DNA of 59,114 nt, filler included. It is 5 parts of 5 records of this genome, joined end to end, with 100 filler letters (N's around TTAATTAATTAA, not from the genome) between each part and the next. Parts side by side here need not be neighbours in the genome. Positions count along the whole stretch, not along the records: positions 1 to 25,945 come from DRR723986_9878; 4 more parts are not named here. The stretch is one strand, 5' to 3'. Below the pieces are notes generated by a model, which saw only the letters and a program-made list of their open reading frames with translations, made no database searches and was not told where the DNA came from. Shown piece by piece: positions 12,096 through 22,107 of the stretch; within the stretch, counting starts at the first letter, position 1; each line of letters starts with the position of its first letter. The position numbers and the translations under genes are program-made.

Positions 12096-13141
12096 TGGAC
12101 GGAGCACAAACCTTGGCGATGCGTTATCCATGGGATACCCCTCCGGCACCGGGCGAAGCGATCGAAGTGGCCGAAGGCGTGCTATGGATGCGCCTGCCAT
12201 TGCCGATGAAGCTGGACCACGTGAATGTTTACGCTCTGGACGATGGCGACAGTTGGACGGTGATCGACACCGGGTTTGCCTCAAAAAAATCGCGCGGGAT
12301 CTGGGAACAGTTTATGGCAGGGCCACTGGCGGGCAAACCTGTCAAACGGGTTGTCGTAACCCACCACCATCCCGATCATATGGGCTTGGCCGGTTGGTTT
12401 CAGTCTGAATTCGGGGCCGAGCTGGTGACGACCCGCACCGCTTGGCTGTTCTCGCGGATGTTGACGTTGGATGTGCAAGAAAGCTGGCCCGAAGAAACGT
12501 TGGAATATTACCGCCAGTCTGGCATGGCTCCTGATATTTTGGCCAAACGCGTTGCGGACCGTCCCTTTAATTTTTCCGATATGGTGTATCCGATGCCCTT
12601 GGGATTCACGCGGATCAAACAGAACGACGTGATCCGCATGGGCGGGCGAGATTGGGATGTGCATATGGGCAACGGCCACGCGCCTGAACATGCAACATTC
12701 TGGAGCCGGGACGACAATTTGGTCATCACGGGTGATCAAATTCTGTCCTCTATCAGCCCCAACATCGGGGTCTATGCAACTGAACCGTTGGCGGACCCGC
12801 TGGCCGAGTGGTTGGAGGCGTGCGAACGTCTGGCCCTGCTCGCGCGCGAGGACCATCTGGCCTTGGGTGGACACAAGTTACCCTTTACCGGGCTACCGAT
12901 GCGGATGCGTCAGTTGATTGACAACCACCATGGTGCACTCAAGCGGTTGATCAAACATCTGGACACGCCAAAATCAGCCGCCGAATGCTTTGCCCCCCTG
13001 TTCAAGCGAAATATCGGCGAAGGTGAATATGGCCTTGCCCTGGTTGAAGCTGTTGCGCATGTGAACCATCTTTATCATACCAACGAGGTGACCCGAACGC
13101 GCCGCGAAGACGGTGCATGGGTCTATCAAAGCAAAGGGTAG
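12095..13141 (+). CDS. MBL-fold metallo-hydrolase
   Basis: THHHPDHMG, GHAPEH and GD motifs. Confidence 0.92.
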   Translation: MDGAQTLAMRYPWDTPPAPGEAIEVAEGVLWMRLPLPMKLDHVNVYALDDGDSWTVIDTGFASKKSRGIWEQFMAGPLAGKPVKRVVVTHHHPDHMGLAGWFQSEFGAELVTTRTAWLFSRMLTLDVQESWPEETLEYYRQSGMAPDILAKRVADRPFNFSDMVYPMPLGFTRIKQNDVIRMGGRDWDVHMGNGHAPEHATFWSRDDNLVITGDQILSSISPNIGVYATEPLADPLAEWLEACERLALLAREDHLALGGHKLPFTGLPMRMRQLIDNHHGALKRLIKHLDTPKSAAECFAPLFKRNIGEGEYGLALVEAVAHVNHLYHTNEVTRTRREDGAWVYQSKG

Positions 13142-13148
13142 GTTTGGT

Positions 13149-13598
13149 ATGGACGAAAAGATTGAAACCAGCGCAGAAGCCGCCGAAGCGGCCGCTTTGC
13201 CGCGCTGTCATGAGGTGCACGCCGACCCGGATTGCGCCAAACTGGAAGACGTGCCAGAGCCGCTGAAAAAGCCGGTGGAAAACAAAAGCGCGGCGCAATG
13301 GGCTTATGAACGTCTGATCCTTTACATTCAGAACTTTGAAAAACAACTGGATGCGACACAAGAGGTTGCTATGGGGTTCACTGGCGGTGACGCCGGTGTT
13401 CTGCGGATCGAGGGCATGGGGTATTTCGACCCTGATATCGTGACCTTCTATGGCAGTGACAACAGCGGTGCACGCACCCAGCTGGTGCAGCACGTGAGCC
13501 AGCTGAACGTGATGCTGCGCGCGCTTCCAAAACCTGTCGAAGAAGGCCCAGCCACACGCATTGGCTTCCGGCTGGCTGCAGATCTCGAAGACAGCTAA
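13149..13598 (+). CDS. Conserved hypothetical protein (DUF6173-like)
   Basis: YERLILYIQNFE...GMGYFDPDIVTFYG...LVQHVSQLN...RIGF pattern; operonic spacing. Confidence 0.75.
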   Translation: MDEKIETSAEAAEAAALPRCHEVHADPDCAKLEDVPEPLKKPVENKSAAQWAYERLILYIQNFEKQLDATQEVAMGFTGGDAGVLRIEGMGYFDPDIVTFYGSDNSGARTQLVQHVSQLNVMLRALPKPVEEGPATRIGFRLAADLEDS

Positions 13599-13668
13599 CG
13601 CTCCCACAGCGGCCTTGCCTTTCAACACCTTACCGCGTTCAATACGCGGTAATTTCAGGAGTTGAACC

Positions 13669-15510
13669 GTGTCGCATTTTTCCACGATTACCCGCGCGTT
13701 TGCGGATGCTTGGGCCCGCCGTCGGGTATTTGTCCCGCTGTATCTGTCCGTTCGTCTGTTATTGCTTGCGTTGGTCGCGCCCGGCGTGGCTGGCGCAATC
13801 AATCTAGCAGTTTCTCTTTCGGATCAGCCGGCGTTAACGGATCAGGACATAGCCTTTTTCATCCTATCGCCATTGGGTTTTCTGGCCACGCTGACGGTTC
13901 TCAGCTTGTTTCTGGTGGCCGAGGTTCTCAGCTTTTCTGTGATGGCAGCAAGTCTGCGGTATCAAGACAGTGATCTGTGGCAAACGGCACGATCAGCGTT
14001 TGCTCTGGTGTTGCGTCGCCTGCGTCATCTGTTGCTTTTTGCCGCCCATTTTGTCTTGCGGGTATTGGCCTTGGTGCTGCCGTTTGTCTTGGTCGCAGGG
14101 GGGATCGCGTGGTGGGCCCTGACAGAATATGACATCAACTATTACCTGACCTTTCACCCGCCTGAATTCATGGTTGCCGTGGGTCTGATCGCTGTTGTGG
14201 TGTTGGCCATGGCGGCGGTTTTGATCCCGCGACTGTCAGGCTGGGCGTTGGCGTTGCACCTTGTGCTGTTCGAAAATGTTGCACCTAACAATGCGTTCGG
14301 CGAAAGCACGCACCAGATGGCAGGTAAGCGGACACGGCTGAAAATTGAGCTAGCTCTGTGGCTTTTGATGCGTGTTGCCTTGGCCGCTGCGATTGCGATC
14401 TGTGTGACCGGTTTGATTGCGATGATCCCGGTCAGCGACGAGGGTGGATTGCGATTGGCCCTGATCTTGTCCTTGTCCTGTGTGGCGTTTGGATCCCTGG
14501 CGGGTTTGGTGCTGAGTGCGACCGCGCTGGGCGCTTTGGCCGCTTTGCTTGATGGCTTTTTCGAGGGCAAAACGCCCATTCCCCAATTGGCCCCTAAGCA
14601 GGGCAATTTCAAAGTGCGGCTAATCGTGGTGCTGGGGGCCACTACCGTGGCGGTTGTTGCTGGGATTTGGATGAGCAGTGATTTGCTCGAGCAGGTGCAA
14701 GCCGAAGACAATATCGAGATTATCGCCCACCGTGGGGCGGCTGGGGTACGACCTGAAAACACAATGGCCTCAATTCACAAGGCGATTGAAGATCGGGCTG
14801 ACTGGGTCGAAATCGACGTTCAGGAAACCGCAGATGACGTGGTCGTTGTGATGCATGACAGCGACTTCATGAAGCTGGCAGGGGTGAACCTGACGATCTG
14901 GGATGCCACGATGGAAGATCTTGCCGATATAGACATCGGCAGCTGGTTTGACCCGGTTTACGCCGACGAACGCACCCCGACTTTGCGGGCGGTGCTGGAA
15001 GCGGCGAAGGACAAAGCCAAGGTGTTGATCGAGCTGAAATATTATGGTCACGATGTCGATCTTGAAAATCGGGTGATCGCCTTGGTCGAAGAACTGGGGA
15101 TGCAGGATCAGGTCGCGACCATGTCCTTGAAATATCCGGCTGTCTTGAAAATGAAAGATCTGCGCCCGGAATGGCGCTCTGGGGTTTTGGCGGCCACGGC
15201 TGTTGGGAATCTTGCAGGGTTGGATGGCGATTTTCTGGCAGTGAATGCCAATATGGCGACACCGGGTCTGATCCGCTCAGTTCAGGAGAGGGGTAAGGAG
15301 CTGTATGTTTGGACGGTGAATGATCCCCTCAAAATGTCCAAGATGATTTCGATGGGGGTCGATGGTCTGATCACGGATGAACCAGCGCTGGTTCACGAGG
15401 TTCTATCTGTACGTGCACAGCTTAGCCCAGCAGAACGATTGCTGTTGTGGATGACCGAAGAGTTGGGGCTGGAGGTTGAAGCAAAGGAATACCGCGATGA
15501 AAACCCGTAA
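13669..15510 (+). CDS. Membrane-anchored glycerophosphodiester phosphodiesterase
   Basis: Multi-TM N-terminal domain; catalytic IAHRGA, PENT, EIDVQET, HD, WTVND and DGLITDEP. Confidence 0.92.
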   Translation: MSHFSTITRAFADAWARRRVFVPLYLSVRLLLLALVAPGVAGAINLAVSLSDQPALTDQDIAFFILSPLGFLATLTVLSLFLVAEVLSFSVMAASLRYQDSDLWQTARSAFALVLRRLRHLLLFAAHFVLRVLALVLPFVLVAGGIAWWALTEYDINYYLTFHPPEFMVAVGLIAVVVLAMAAVLIPRLSGWALALHLVLFENVAPNNAFGESTHQMAGKRTRLKIELALWLLMRVALAAAIAICVTGLIAMIPVSDEGGLRLALILSLSCVAFGSLAGLVLSATALGALAALLDGFFEGKTPIPQLAPKQGNFKVRLIVVLGATTVAVVAGIWMSSDLLEQVQAEDNIEIIAHRGAAGVRPENTMASIHKAIEDRADWVEIDVQETADDVVVVMHDSDFMKLAGVNLTIWDATMEDLADIDIGSWFDPVYADERTPTLRAVLEAAKDKAKVLIELKYYGHDVDLENRVIALVEELGMQDQVATMSLKYPAVLKMKDLRPEWRSGVLAATAVGNLAGLDGDFLAVNANMATPGLIRSVQERGKELYVWTVNDPLKMSKMISMGVDGLITDEPALVHEVLSVRAQLSPAERLLLWMTEELGLEVEAKEYRDENP

Positions 15511-16072
15511 CTGCATGGTTAGTCTCGTTTGTTTGCTGCCATTGACAGCGCAAGCCCAAGATATGCAGAGCCTCGTTGAAATGCCTGCCCACCGCGCGCT
15601 GATCCAAGAGCGCAATCAGTCCGATCTGATGCCGTTTGAGACTGATGGGTGTTCTGGCGGATTGTCGTACAGCTGGACACTGGTTGCAGATACGTTTCCC
15701 AATTTTGCCGAGGCACACAACCAGTTACCGCCTTGGGAAGACTGCTGTGTGATCCATGACCGTGCCTATCACAACATAGCTGGCGTTGAGACGGCTCAAG
15801 CCAGCTATGACGCCCGCATTGTTGCGGATGAGGCGCTGCGTTCCTGCGTCGTTAACAGCGGTGCATTGCGAGTCACGGAATTGGCCGAATTGTACGGAGC
15901 CACGGAAAAGCAGGTGCAGGGGGCTTATGAAACCATAGCCGGGGCCATGTACCTTGCGGTGCGGTTCGGGGGCGGGCCGTGTTCCGGTTTGCCGTGGCGC
16001 TGGGGTTATGGGTACCCAGAATGTAGCGTCTTTGGCGCTTCTTCAGGGGATGATAGCCCTGCGCGCGAATGA
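15497..16072 (+). CDS. Secreted protein with phospholipase A2-like motif
   Basis: Signal peptide; TDGCS...CCVIHDRAY...ADEALRSCV...AVRFGG. Confidence 0.65.
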   Translation: MKTRNCMVSLVCLLPLTAQAQDMQSLVEMPAHRALIQERNQSDLMPFETDGCSGGLSYSWTLVADTFPNFAEAHNQLPPWEDCCVIHDRAYHNIAGVETAQASYDARIVADEALRSCVVNSGALRVTELAELYGATEKQVQGAYETIAGAMYLAVRFGGGPCSGLPWRWGYGYPECSVFGASSGDDSPARE

Positions 16073-16136
16073 CGTGGTGACAGCCGCTTTCGAATCCAGT
16101 ATCCACCTTTCAAACTTCGCGAATAGGAATAGTCTT

Positions 16137-16271
16137 ATGGCAGACCACAAGCACGGTGAGATGGACATCACTGAACAGACCGCAACTTATGACGGTTTCA
16201 TCAAATTCACGACACGCTCGGCCTATGTTCTGGTTGGTCTGGCCGTCTTTCTGGCGATTTTCGCCTCTTAA
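16137..16271 (+). CDS. aa3-type cytochrome c oxidase subunit IV
   Basis: 44 aa: MADHKHGEMDITEQTATYDGFIKF plus one TM helix; SD AGGA upstream. Confidence 0.9.
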   Translation: MADHKHGEMDITEQTATYDGFIKFTTRSAYVLVGLAVFLAIFAS

Positions 16272-16286
16272 GATCGGAATACTCTA

Positions 16287-16901
16287 GTGCGTCGAATTCT
16301 GTGTGCCTGCGCGATTGCGCTGACTGTTGCTGGTTGTGCAAAGCCGGGACCTCAGGCGGATCAAGCGTCTATTGATGCGGTTGCGTTTCGCGACCCTGGC
16401 CCGGCTTACTTGACGCTTTACACCATGGTGAACAACCGCTCTGGTGAGGGTGGGCATACGTCGCTGATGGTGAACGCTAGCCAACGGGTTATCTTTGACC
16501 CCGCGGGTTCGTTTTATGCAGACATCGTTCCTGAGCGGAACGATGTGCACTATGGAATCACCCCAGCGATTGAAAAGGCATATCGTGGGGCACATGCCCG
16601 CAGCACGTTCCACGTTGTCCGCCAAAAGATCGAAGTCACCCCAGAGCAAGCACAGATTGCTCTGCAATTGGTTCAGGAGGCCGGCCCTGTCCCAGGTGCC
16701 TATTGTGCCAATTCTACCTCACGCGTGTTACAGGGAATTCCTGGATTTTCGAGGATCAAAACAACATTCTTTCCGGTGAACTTGCAAAATCAGTTCGAGA
16801 AAATTCCGGGTGTTGTGACGGATAAATACTACGAAGATGACAGTGACGATCTTCAAAAAGCTCTGACTGAGGGCAATACAAATCTGAACGCGCCGGCTTA
16901 A
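16287..16901 (+). CDS. Conserved lipoprotein
   Basis: Lipobox VAGC; GHTSL...IFDPAGSF...YCANS. Confidence 0.75.
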   Translation: MRRILCACAIALTVAGCAKPGPQADQASIDAVAFRDPGPAYLTLYTMVNNRSGEGGHTSLMVNASQRVIFDPAGSFYADIVPERNDVHYGITPAIEKAYRGAHARSTFHVVRQKIEVTPEQAQIALQLVQEAGPVPGAYCANSTSRVLQGIPGFSRIKTTFFPVNLQNQFEKIPGVVTDKYYEDDSDDLQKALTEGNTNLNAPA

Positions 16902-16924
16902 CCCGGCACGTTCTGCTCCAAGAT

Positions 16925-17257
16925 TTACCCTAGCAAATACAGTAAGCTGTAAAGCGTTATTGCCCCTGATCCGATGGCGGCGAGCACGTTCTTTGTGAAC
17001 ACTCCCACCACAAGTGCAACCGCCGCAGCGCTCATTCGGGGAATGTCTGCAGCCCCGTTCGTGGCGGCGGGCCAGACGACAAGCGGCGCAATCAAAGCGG
17101 GTAAAATCGCGACTGCCGTATAACGCAGATGCCGAAGCAGCCATGCTGGCATGGGGCGATCGCCTACAAACCCAAGAAAAACGAACCGCAGGCCAAAGCT
17201 GCCAAAGGCCATGCCAACGATGATGATCCAAATGGTGGTATCGTCGATTGGGCTCAT
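16925..17257 (-). CDS. azlD: AzlD domain protein
   Basis: Small hydrophobic protein with LRYTAVAILPALIAP; overlaps azlC by 4 nt. Confidence 0.88.
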   Translation of the reverse strand: MSPIDDTTIWIIIVGMAFGSFGLRFVFLGFVGDRPMPAWLLRHLRYTAVAILPALIAPLVVWPAATNGAADIPRMSAAAVALVVGVFTKNVLAAIGSGAITLYSLLYLLG

Positions 17258-17970
17258 GTCTTGGCTCCCTTCCGTTCAAACATCAGTTCGGCTTGTGCCC
17301 CTGCCATCATGCCCGCGCAGCCCGCGATCAACAGGCCAAGATTGAAAGGCACCGTTGTGGTGAGCAACGAAACGACAATTGCCACTAAAGCGGCAATAAC
17401 ATGTGGTGGGGTACGCAACATCGGACCGATCATGGACAGAAACGTGATCGGCAGGGCAAAATCTAAGGCCCAGCTGTCAGGAATCTGTGTGCCAACGACG
17501 GCCCCCATGTAGGTGGCAATGTACCAAAGCGGCGCGATGGGCGACACGGTGCCAAAGAAATACGCCACCTTTTGCTGAATGGTCAGGTCAGGTTCCTGCT
17601 CGAAGCGGACCGTGCAGCAGGCATAAGATTGATCCACTACAAAATAGGCCGCAAAGGCACGCTGCCACATCGGGGCGCCGCCCAAATGCGGGGTCATCGC
17701 CGCTGAATACATCGCCATGCGCAGGTTCACAGCAAGGGCCGAGGCCAAGACGATCATTGTCGGGGTATTTTCTTGCAATAACTGAAGGGCCGCAAACTGG
17801 GCGGCCCCGGCAAAGACCGTCGCCGTAAACGTCATCGTCTGATAAATATCGAGGCCAGCTTCGGTCGCCAGAACCCCAAACAGGGTCCCGAACGGGATGG
17901 CGACAAACACAAAGGGTGACCCGTCGCGAAAGCCTTTCCAATAGTAGGAATTCGATGTGGTGAATGCCAT
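17254..17970 (-). CDS. azlC: AzlC family branched-chain amino acid exporter
   Basis: FAGAAQF, VNLRMAMYSA, DQSYA and LDFALP motifs. Confidence 0.92.
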   Translation of the reverse strand: MAFTTSNSYYWKGFRDGSPFVFVAIPFGTLFGVLATEAGLDIYQTMTFTATVFAGAAQFAALQLLQENTPTMIVLASALAVNLRMAMYSAAMTPHLGGAPMWQRAFAAYFVVDQSYACCTVRFEQEPDLTIQQKVAYFFGTVSPIAPLWYIATYMGAVVGTQIPDSWALDFALPITFLSMIGPMLRTPPHVIAALVAIVVSLLTTTVPFNLGLLIAGCAGMMAGAQAELMFERKGAKT

Positions 17971-18019
17971 GAGGAAATCCTAAGTTAAGCCCGACAGGCG
18001 TAACGGGCTTTGGGAAGGG

Positions 18020-18910
18020 TTGCAATTGGCGAGAGCAGAGAATGTGACGGGCTATGTCATCGCCCCAGATCCTGGCGCAGCGCGGTTAACGCGCGCGGTT
18101 GAAGGGTTCGATCAGAACGGGGAAATGACCCAGATTTCAGTGGTCGAAGAACGCCCATTGACCATTTTCCTGAACGCACAGGAAATCGTGACGGCCATGA
18201 CCATCGGGGATTACCCTGAATATCTGGCGCTTGGGTTTTTGCGCAATCAGGGCATGCTGTTAGCTGATGACGAGATTATCGGCGTGGATTACGACGACGA
18301 TCTAGAAACCGTTGTGGTTCGGACCGCGCGTCAGACGTCGTATGAGGATAAGCTGAAGAAAAAGACGCGCACCTCGGGCTGTGCGGTGGGAACCGTGTTT
18401 GGTGACATGATGGAAGGGTTGGAGGATGTGACCCTGCCCGCGGTGTCGGTGCGTACCTCATGGCTCTATGATGTGGCGTCACAGATCAACCGCACGCCTT
18501 CGCTGTATCTAGAGGCCGGGGCCATTCATGGCACGGTTTTGTGTCGCGAAGACCGCCCGCTTGTCTATATGGAGGACGTCGGGCGCCACAATGCGGTTGA
18601 TAAGATCGCTGGGTGGATGCTGTCTGAACATGAACCGGCCGAAGATAAGATTCTCTACACGACGGGTCGTCTGACATCTGAGATGGTGATTAAAACCGCA
18701 ATGATGGGCATTCCTGTGCTTGCGTCCCGGTCGGGCTTTACCGCTTGGGGCGTTGAAATCGCGCGAGAAGTCGGGCTGACCCTGATCGGGCGGATGCGTG
18801 GTCAGCGGTTTGTCTGTCTGGCGGGTGAGGATCGTCTGGTCCGGGATGTGGATCCATCGACGATCAAAGTCGAAGACAAGAAACATCGACGTAAAAGCGC
18901 CGGGGAATAA
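18020..18910 (+). CDS. fdhD: Formate dehydrogenase accessory sulfurtransferase (alternative GTG start at 18044)
   Basis: EERPL, TSGC, EDVGRHNAVDK and TGRLTSEMVIK motifs. Confidence 0.93.
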   Translation: MQLARAENVTGYVIAPDPGAARLTRAVEGFDQNGEMTQISVVEERPLTIFLNAQEIVTAMTIGDYPEYLALGFLRNQGMLLADDEIIGVDYDDDLETVVVRTARQTSYEDKLKKKTRTSGCAVGTVFGDMMEGLEDVTLPAVSVRTSWLYDVASQINRTPSLYLEAGAIHGTVLCREDRPLVYMEDVGRHNAVDKIAGWMLSEHEPAEDKILYTTGRLTSEMVIKTAMMGIPVLASRSGFTAWGVEIAREVGLTLIGRMRGQRFVCLAGEDRLVRDVDPSTIKVEDKKHRRKSAGE

Positions 18911-18911
18911 T

Positions 18912-19550
18912 ATGATGAAACAACCACTTGGTGTCATTCTGGCAGGTGGGCTGGCCACTCGTATGGGCGGAGGCGATAAGGGAAAGCTGAAGCTGGCTGG
19001 GCGCCCCTTGTTGCGCCACGTGATTGATCGGTTGGAACCGCAGGTGGCCGGATTGGCGTTGAATGCGAATGGGGATCCGACGCGGTTTTCTGATCTCACC
19101 CTGCCAGTGATCGCCGACAGTATCGATGGGTTCGCGGGGCCATTGGCTGGAGTACTGGCGGGGCTCGACTGGGCCGCGGATCAGGGCGCGGATTGCATCG
19201 TTACAGCGGCAGCAGACACACCTTTTTTCCCTTGTGATCTCGTGCCTCAATTGCTGCTTGCAACCGAGGGGATGCAGGCGCGTTTGGCGTTGGCCACCAC
19301 GCCAAGGTCGGGTGAAGAGCTAAAATCTGGCGGCAATAAAAAGATTAATCGACACCCGACGTTTGGCATTTGGCCTGTTGCCCTGCGTGATGATTTGCGC
19401 GCGGCGTTGCAGGATGGGCTGCGCAAGGTGGTGTTGTGGACCGACAAACATGATGGGCGTGAGGCGCTGTTTCCGGTAGGGGACGTCGATCCATTTTTTA
19501 ATGTAAACACACCTGCCGATCTGGCGCATGCTGAGGCTCTGATCCGATGA
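18912..19550 (+). CDS. mobA: Molybdenum cofactor guanylyltransferase
   Basis: ILAGGLATRMGGGDK, GPLAGV, DTPF and FFNVNTP motifs. Confidence 0.95.
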   Translation: MMKQPLGVILAGGLATRMGGGDKGKLKLAGRPLLRHVIDRLEPQVAGLALNANGDPTRFSDLTLPVIADSIDGFAGPLAGVLAGLDWAADQGADCIVTAAADTPFFPCDLVPQLLLATEGMQARLALATTPRSGEELKSGGNKKINRHPTFGIWPVALRDDLRAALQDGLRKVVLWTDKHDGREALFPVGDVDPFFNVNTPADLAHAEALIR

Positions 19551-20038
19551 AACTGTTCGGCGTCACCGGATGGAAAAACGCGGGCAAAACCGGGTTGATG
19601 GAACGGTTGGTGACAGACATCACTGGGCGTGGTTTTTCGGTCTCAACAATCAAGCATTCCCATCACGGGGCTGATGTCGATCACGCGGGGACAGACAGCC
19701 ATCGACATCGTCTTGCAGGGGCCAACGAAGTGGTTTTGGCCTCGTCGGTGCGCGTTGCAATCATGCAAGAGCTGCGTGATGCGCCCGAACCCCCACTGAG
19801 TGAATTGCTGGCTCGTCTGCGCCCTGTCGATTTGGTTCTGATCGAAGGGTACAAACGTGAGACACATCCCAAAATCGAAGCCTATCGTGCCGAGGCAGGG
19901 CACGATTTGCGCGCACCCGAAGATGAGACAATTCAAGCCGTTGCAAGCGATGTCCCTTTAGATCTTGATCGGCCGGTGTTCGACCTGAATGATACCGGCG
20001 CGATTGCTGACTTTGTTCTGGCTCAGGTCGGGTTGTGA
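19547..20038 (+). CDS. mobB: Molybdopterin-guanine dinucleotide biosynthesis protein B
   Basis: GWKNAGKT, IKHSHH, DSHRH and VLIEGYK motifs. Confidence 0.95.
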   Translation: MKLFGVTGWKNAGKTGLMERLVTDITGRGFSVSTIKHSHHGADVDHAGTDSHRHRLAGANEVVLASSVRVAIMQELRDAPEPPLSELLARLRPVDLVLIEGYKRETHPKIEAYRAEAGHDLRAPEDETIQAVASDVPLDLDRPVFDLNDTGAIADFVLAQVGL

Positions 20039-22104
20039 CCGGGTTCGACACCTTTGCGATGGTGGATTGGTCTGGTGGCAATGATACCGGACCGCGTCCG
20101 CGCAAAGATGCGATTTGGGTCTGTGTCGCCCGAAAGGGTGGGGCGGAAACCCCGGTTTATCTGCGCAATCGGGCGCTGGCCGAAGATTGGCTTGCAGATT
20201 TGATTATTGCGGAACAGCAGGCAGAGCGGCGCTTGTTCATTGGGTTCGATTTCCCATTTGGCTATCCAGCGGGATTTGCTCAGGCTTTGACGGGTTCTGA
20301 TGACCCGCTGGTGGTGTGGGACTGGTTTGAAGCACATATTCAAGACGCCCCCAAAGCCAACAATCGTTTTGATCTGGCGGGCGAGATAAATCAGCGTTTT
20401 GGCGGGCAGGGGCCGTTCTGGACCAATGCCTTGAAACGGGACATTGCGGGGCTGCCTCGTACCAAAGCGAAGTACCGAAACCCATTCCCTGATCGCCGCG
20501 CTGTTGAACACCTTGCTAAGGGCAGCTTTACCTGCTGGCAATTGGCCGGTGCTGGCGCGGTTGGCAGTCAGGTGATGATGGGCATGGCGGTATTGTCGCG
20601 GTTGCGGCGTCGGTTCGCAGATCAGATTGCCGTTTGGCCGTTTCAGCGGCTGGATAAGCCGGTCGCGTTTGTCGAGATCTGGCCATCTTTGACCGTTGGG
20701 CCAGCGCCACCTGAAATGATCAAAGACGCATGGCAAGTGCAGCAGGTTGCCTTGGGGCTGGCGCGCCAGCTAGCAGCCGCGTTAAACAGGCAATTGGATA
20801 TCGAAGCGCCTGAGGAGGGGTGGATTTTGGGAATTGAACAGGAAAATTGTACGATTTCACCCCCGCCCTTGCGCAATGACTGTTTTGCACTGCCCGCTGG
20901 CATCGAATGGACCCTAGTAGATGAGGCGCTGGATTTACTGCGGCAGCGGCTGACTCCAGTGACCAGTGCAGAGCGCCTGCCTGTTGCCTCGTCAATGGGG
21001 CGTGTTTTGGCTGAGGATGTTGTGGCGCGTCGCTCTAATCCTCCGCACCCAAATACGGCGGTTGATGGGTATGGGTTTGCCGGTGCGATCCCTGAGGGGG
21101 ATCACGTCTTGCCATTGGTTGATGGGCGCGCCGCAGCTGGCGCGCCGTTCGATGGGACGGTTCCAAAAGGATCGGCGATCCGAATTCTGACCGGAGCGGT
21201 CCTGCCGCAAGGGGTGGATACGGTTATCCTGCAAGAGGATGTGACTGCTCAACTCGATCGCATTGCATTTCGCGGCCCTCTGAAAGCGGGGGCAAACACG
21301 CGCAAGGCAGGCGAGGATATCGTCGCTGGAAATACGGCGTTGAAAACAGGGCGGGTTCTGACCGCTGCGGATCTGGCGCTGCTCTCGGCTATTGGGGTGT
21401 CAGAGGTGGTTGTGCGCAAACCTTTGCGCGTGGCGGTGATTTCAACCGGTGACGAGCTGATTGAACCGGGGGTTGAACCCGCGGTGGGGCAGATCTTTGA
21501 TGCCAACCGCCCGATGCTGTTGGCGTTGGCAGCCCGATTTGGCTTTACCCCGGTTGATATGGGATGTGTGGCTGATGATCGAGAGGCGCTTCGGGCCGCG
21601 TTGGATCTGGCCGCGCAGCAGGCGGATGTGATCCTGACCAGTGGTGGGGCCTCAGCCGGGGATGAGGATCACGTGTCCTCTCTGTTGACGGATGCAGGGG
21701 CGATGCAGCGGTGGCGAATCGCGGTCAAACCGGGGCGACCTCTGGCATTGGGGCTGTGGAACAACGTGCCGGTCTTTGGCTTGCCGGGTAATCCCGTTGC
21801 CGCAATGGTGTGTACCCTGGTTTTTGCACGCCCTGCGATGGCGGTCTTGGCCGGGTCCGAATGGCATGAACCGCAAGGGTTTGAACTGCCTGCCGCCTTT
21901 TCGAAACGCAAGAAATCCGGTCGTCGTGAATATCTACGCGCGCGTCTGCGCGATGGTCAGGTCGAGGCTTTTGCTTCTGAAGGATCGGGGCGGATTAGTG
22001 GTCTGAGTTGGGCCGAAGGATTGGTCGAGCTCGAAGACGGTGCACGCGATATTCAGCCCGGTGACCCCGTGCGGTTTATCCCCTATGCCAGCTTCGGTCT
22101 CTGA
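20035..22104 (+). CDS. moeA: Molybdopterin molybdotransferase with N-terminal DUF429-like (RNase H-fold) domain
   Basis: C-terminal ~410 aa have AVDGY, RILTGA, STGDEL, TSGGAS, KPGRP and LPGNP; N-terminus has VDWSGG, GFDFPFGYP and VEIWP. Confidence 0.9.
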   Translation: MTGFDTFAMVDWSGGNDTGPRPRKDAIWVCVARKGGAETPVYLRNRALAEDWLADLIIAEQQAERRLFIGFDFPFGYPAGFAQALTGSDDPLVVWDWFEAHIQDAPKANNRFDLAGEINQRFGGQGPFWTNALKRDIAGLPRTKAKYRNPFPDRRAVEHLAKGSFTCWQLAGAGAVGSQVMMGMAVLSRLRRRFADQIAVWPFQRLDKPVAFVEIWPSLTVGPAPPEMIKDAWQVQQVALGLARQLAAALNRQLDIEAPEEGWILGIEQENCTISPPPLRNDCFALPAGIEWTLVDEALDLLRQRLTPVTSAERLPVASSMGRVLAEDVVARRSNPPHPNTAVDGYGFAGAIPEGDHVLPLVDGRAAAGAPFDGTVPKGSAIRILTGAVLPQGVDTVILQEDVTAQLDRIAFRGPLKAGANTRKAGEDIVAGNTALKTGRVLTAADLALLSAIGVSEVVVRKPLRVAVISTGDELIEPGVEPAVGQIFDANRPMLLALAARFGFTPVDMGCVADDREALRAALDLAAQQADVILTSGGASAGDEDHVSSLLTDAGAMQRWRIAVKPGRPLALGLWNNVPVFGLPGNPVAAMVCTLVFARPAMAVLAGSEWHEPQGFELPAAFSKRKKSGRREYLRARLRDGQVEAFASEGSGRISGLSWAEGLVELEDGARDIQPGDPVRFIPYASFGL

Positions 22105-22107
22105 CCG

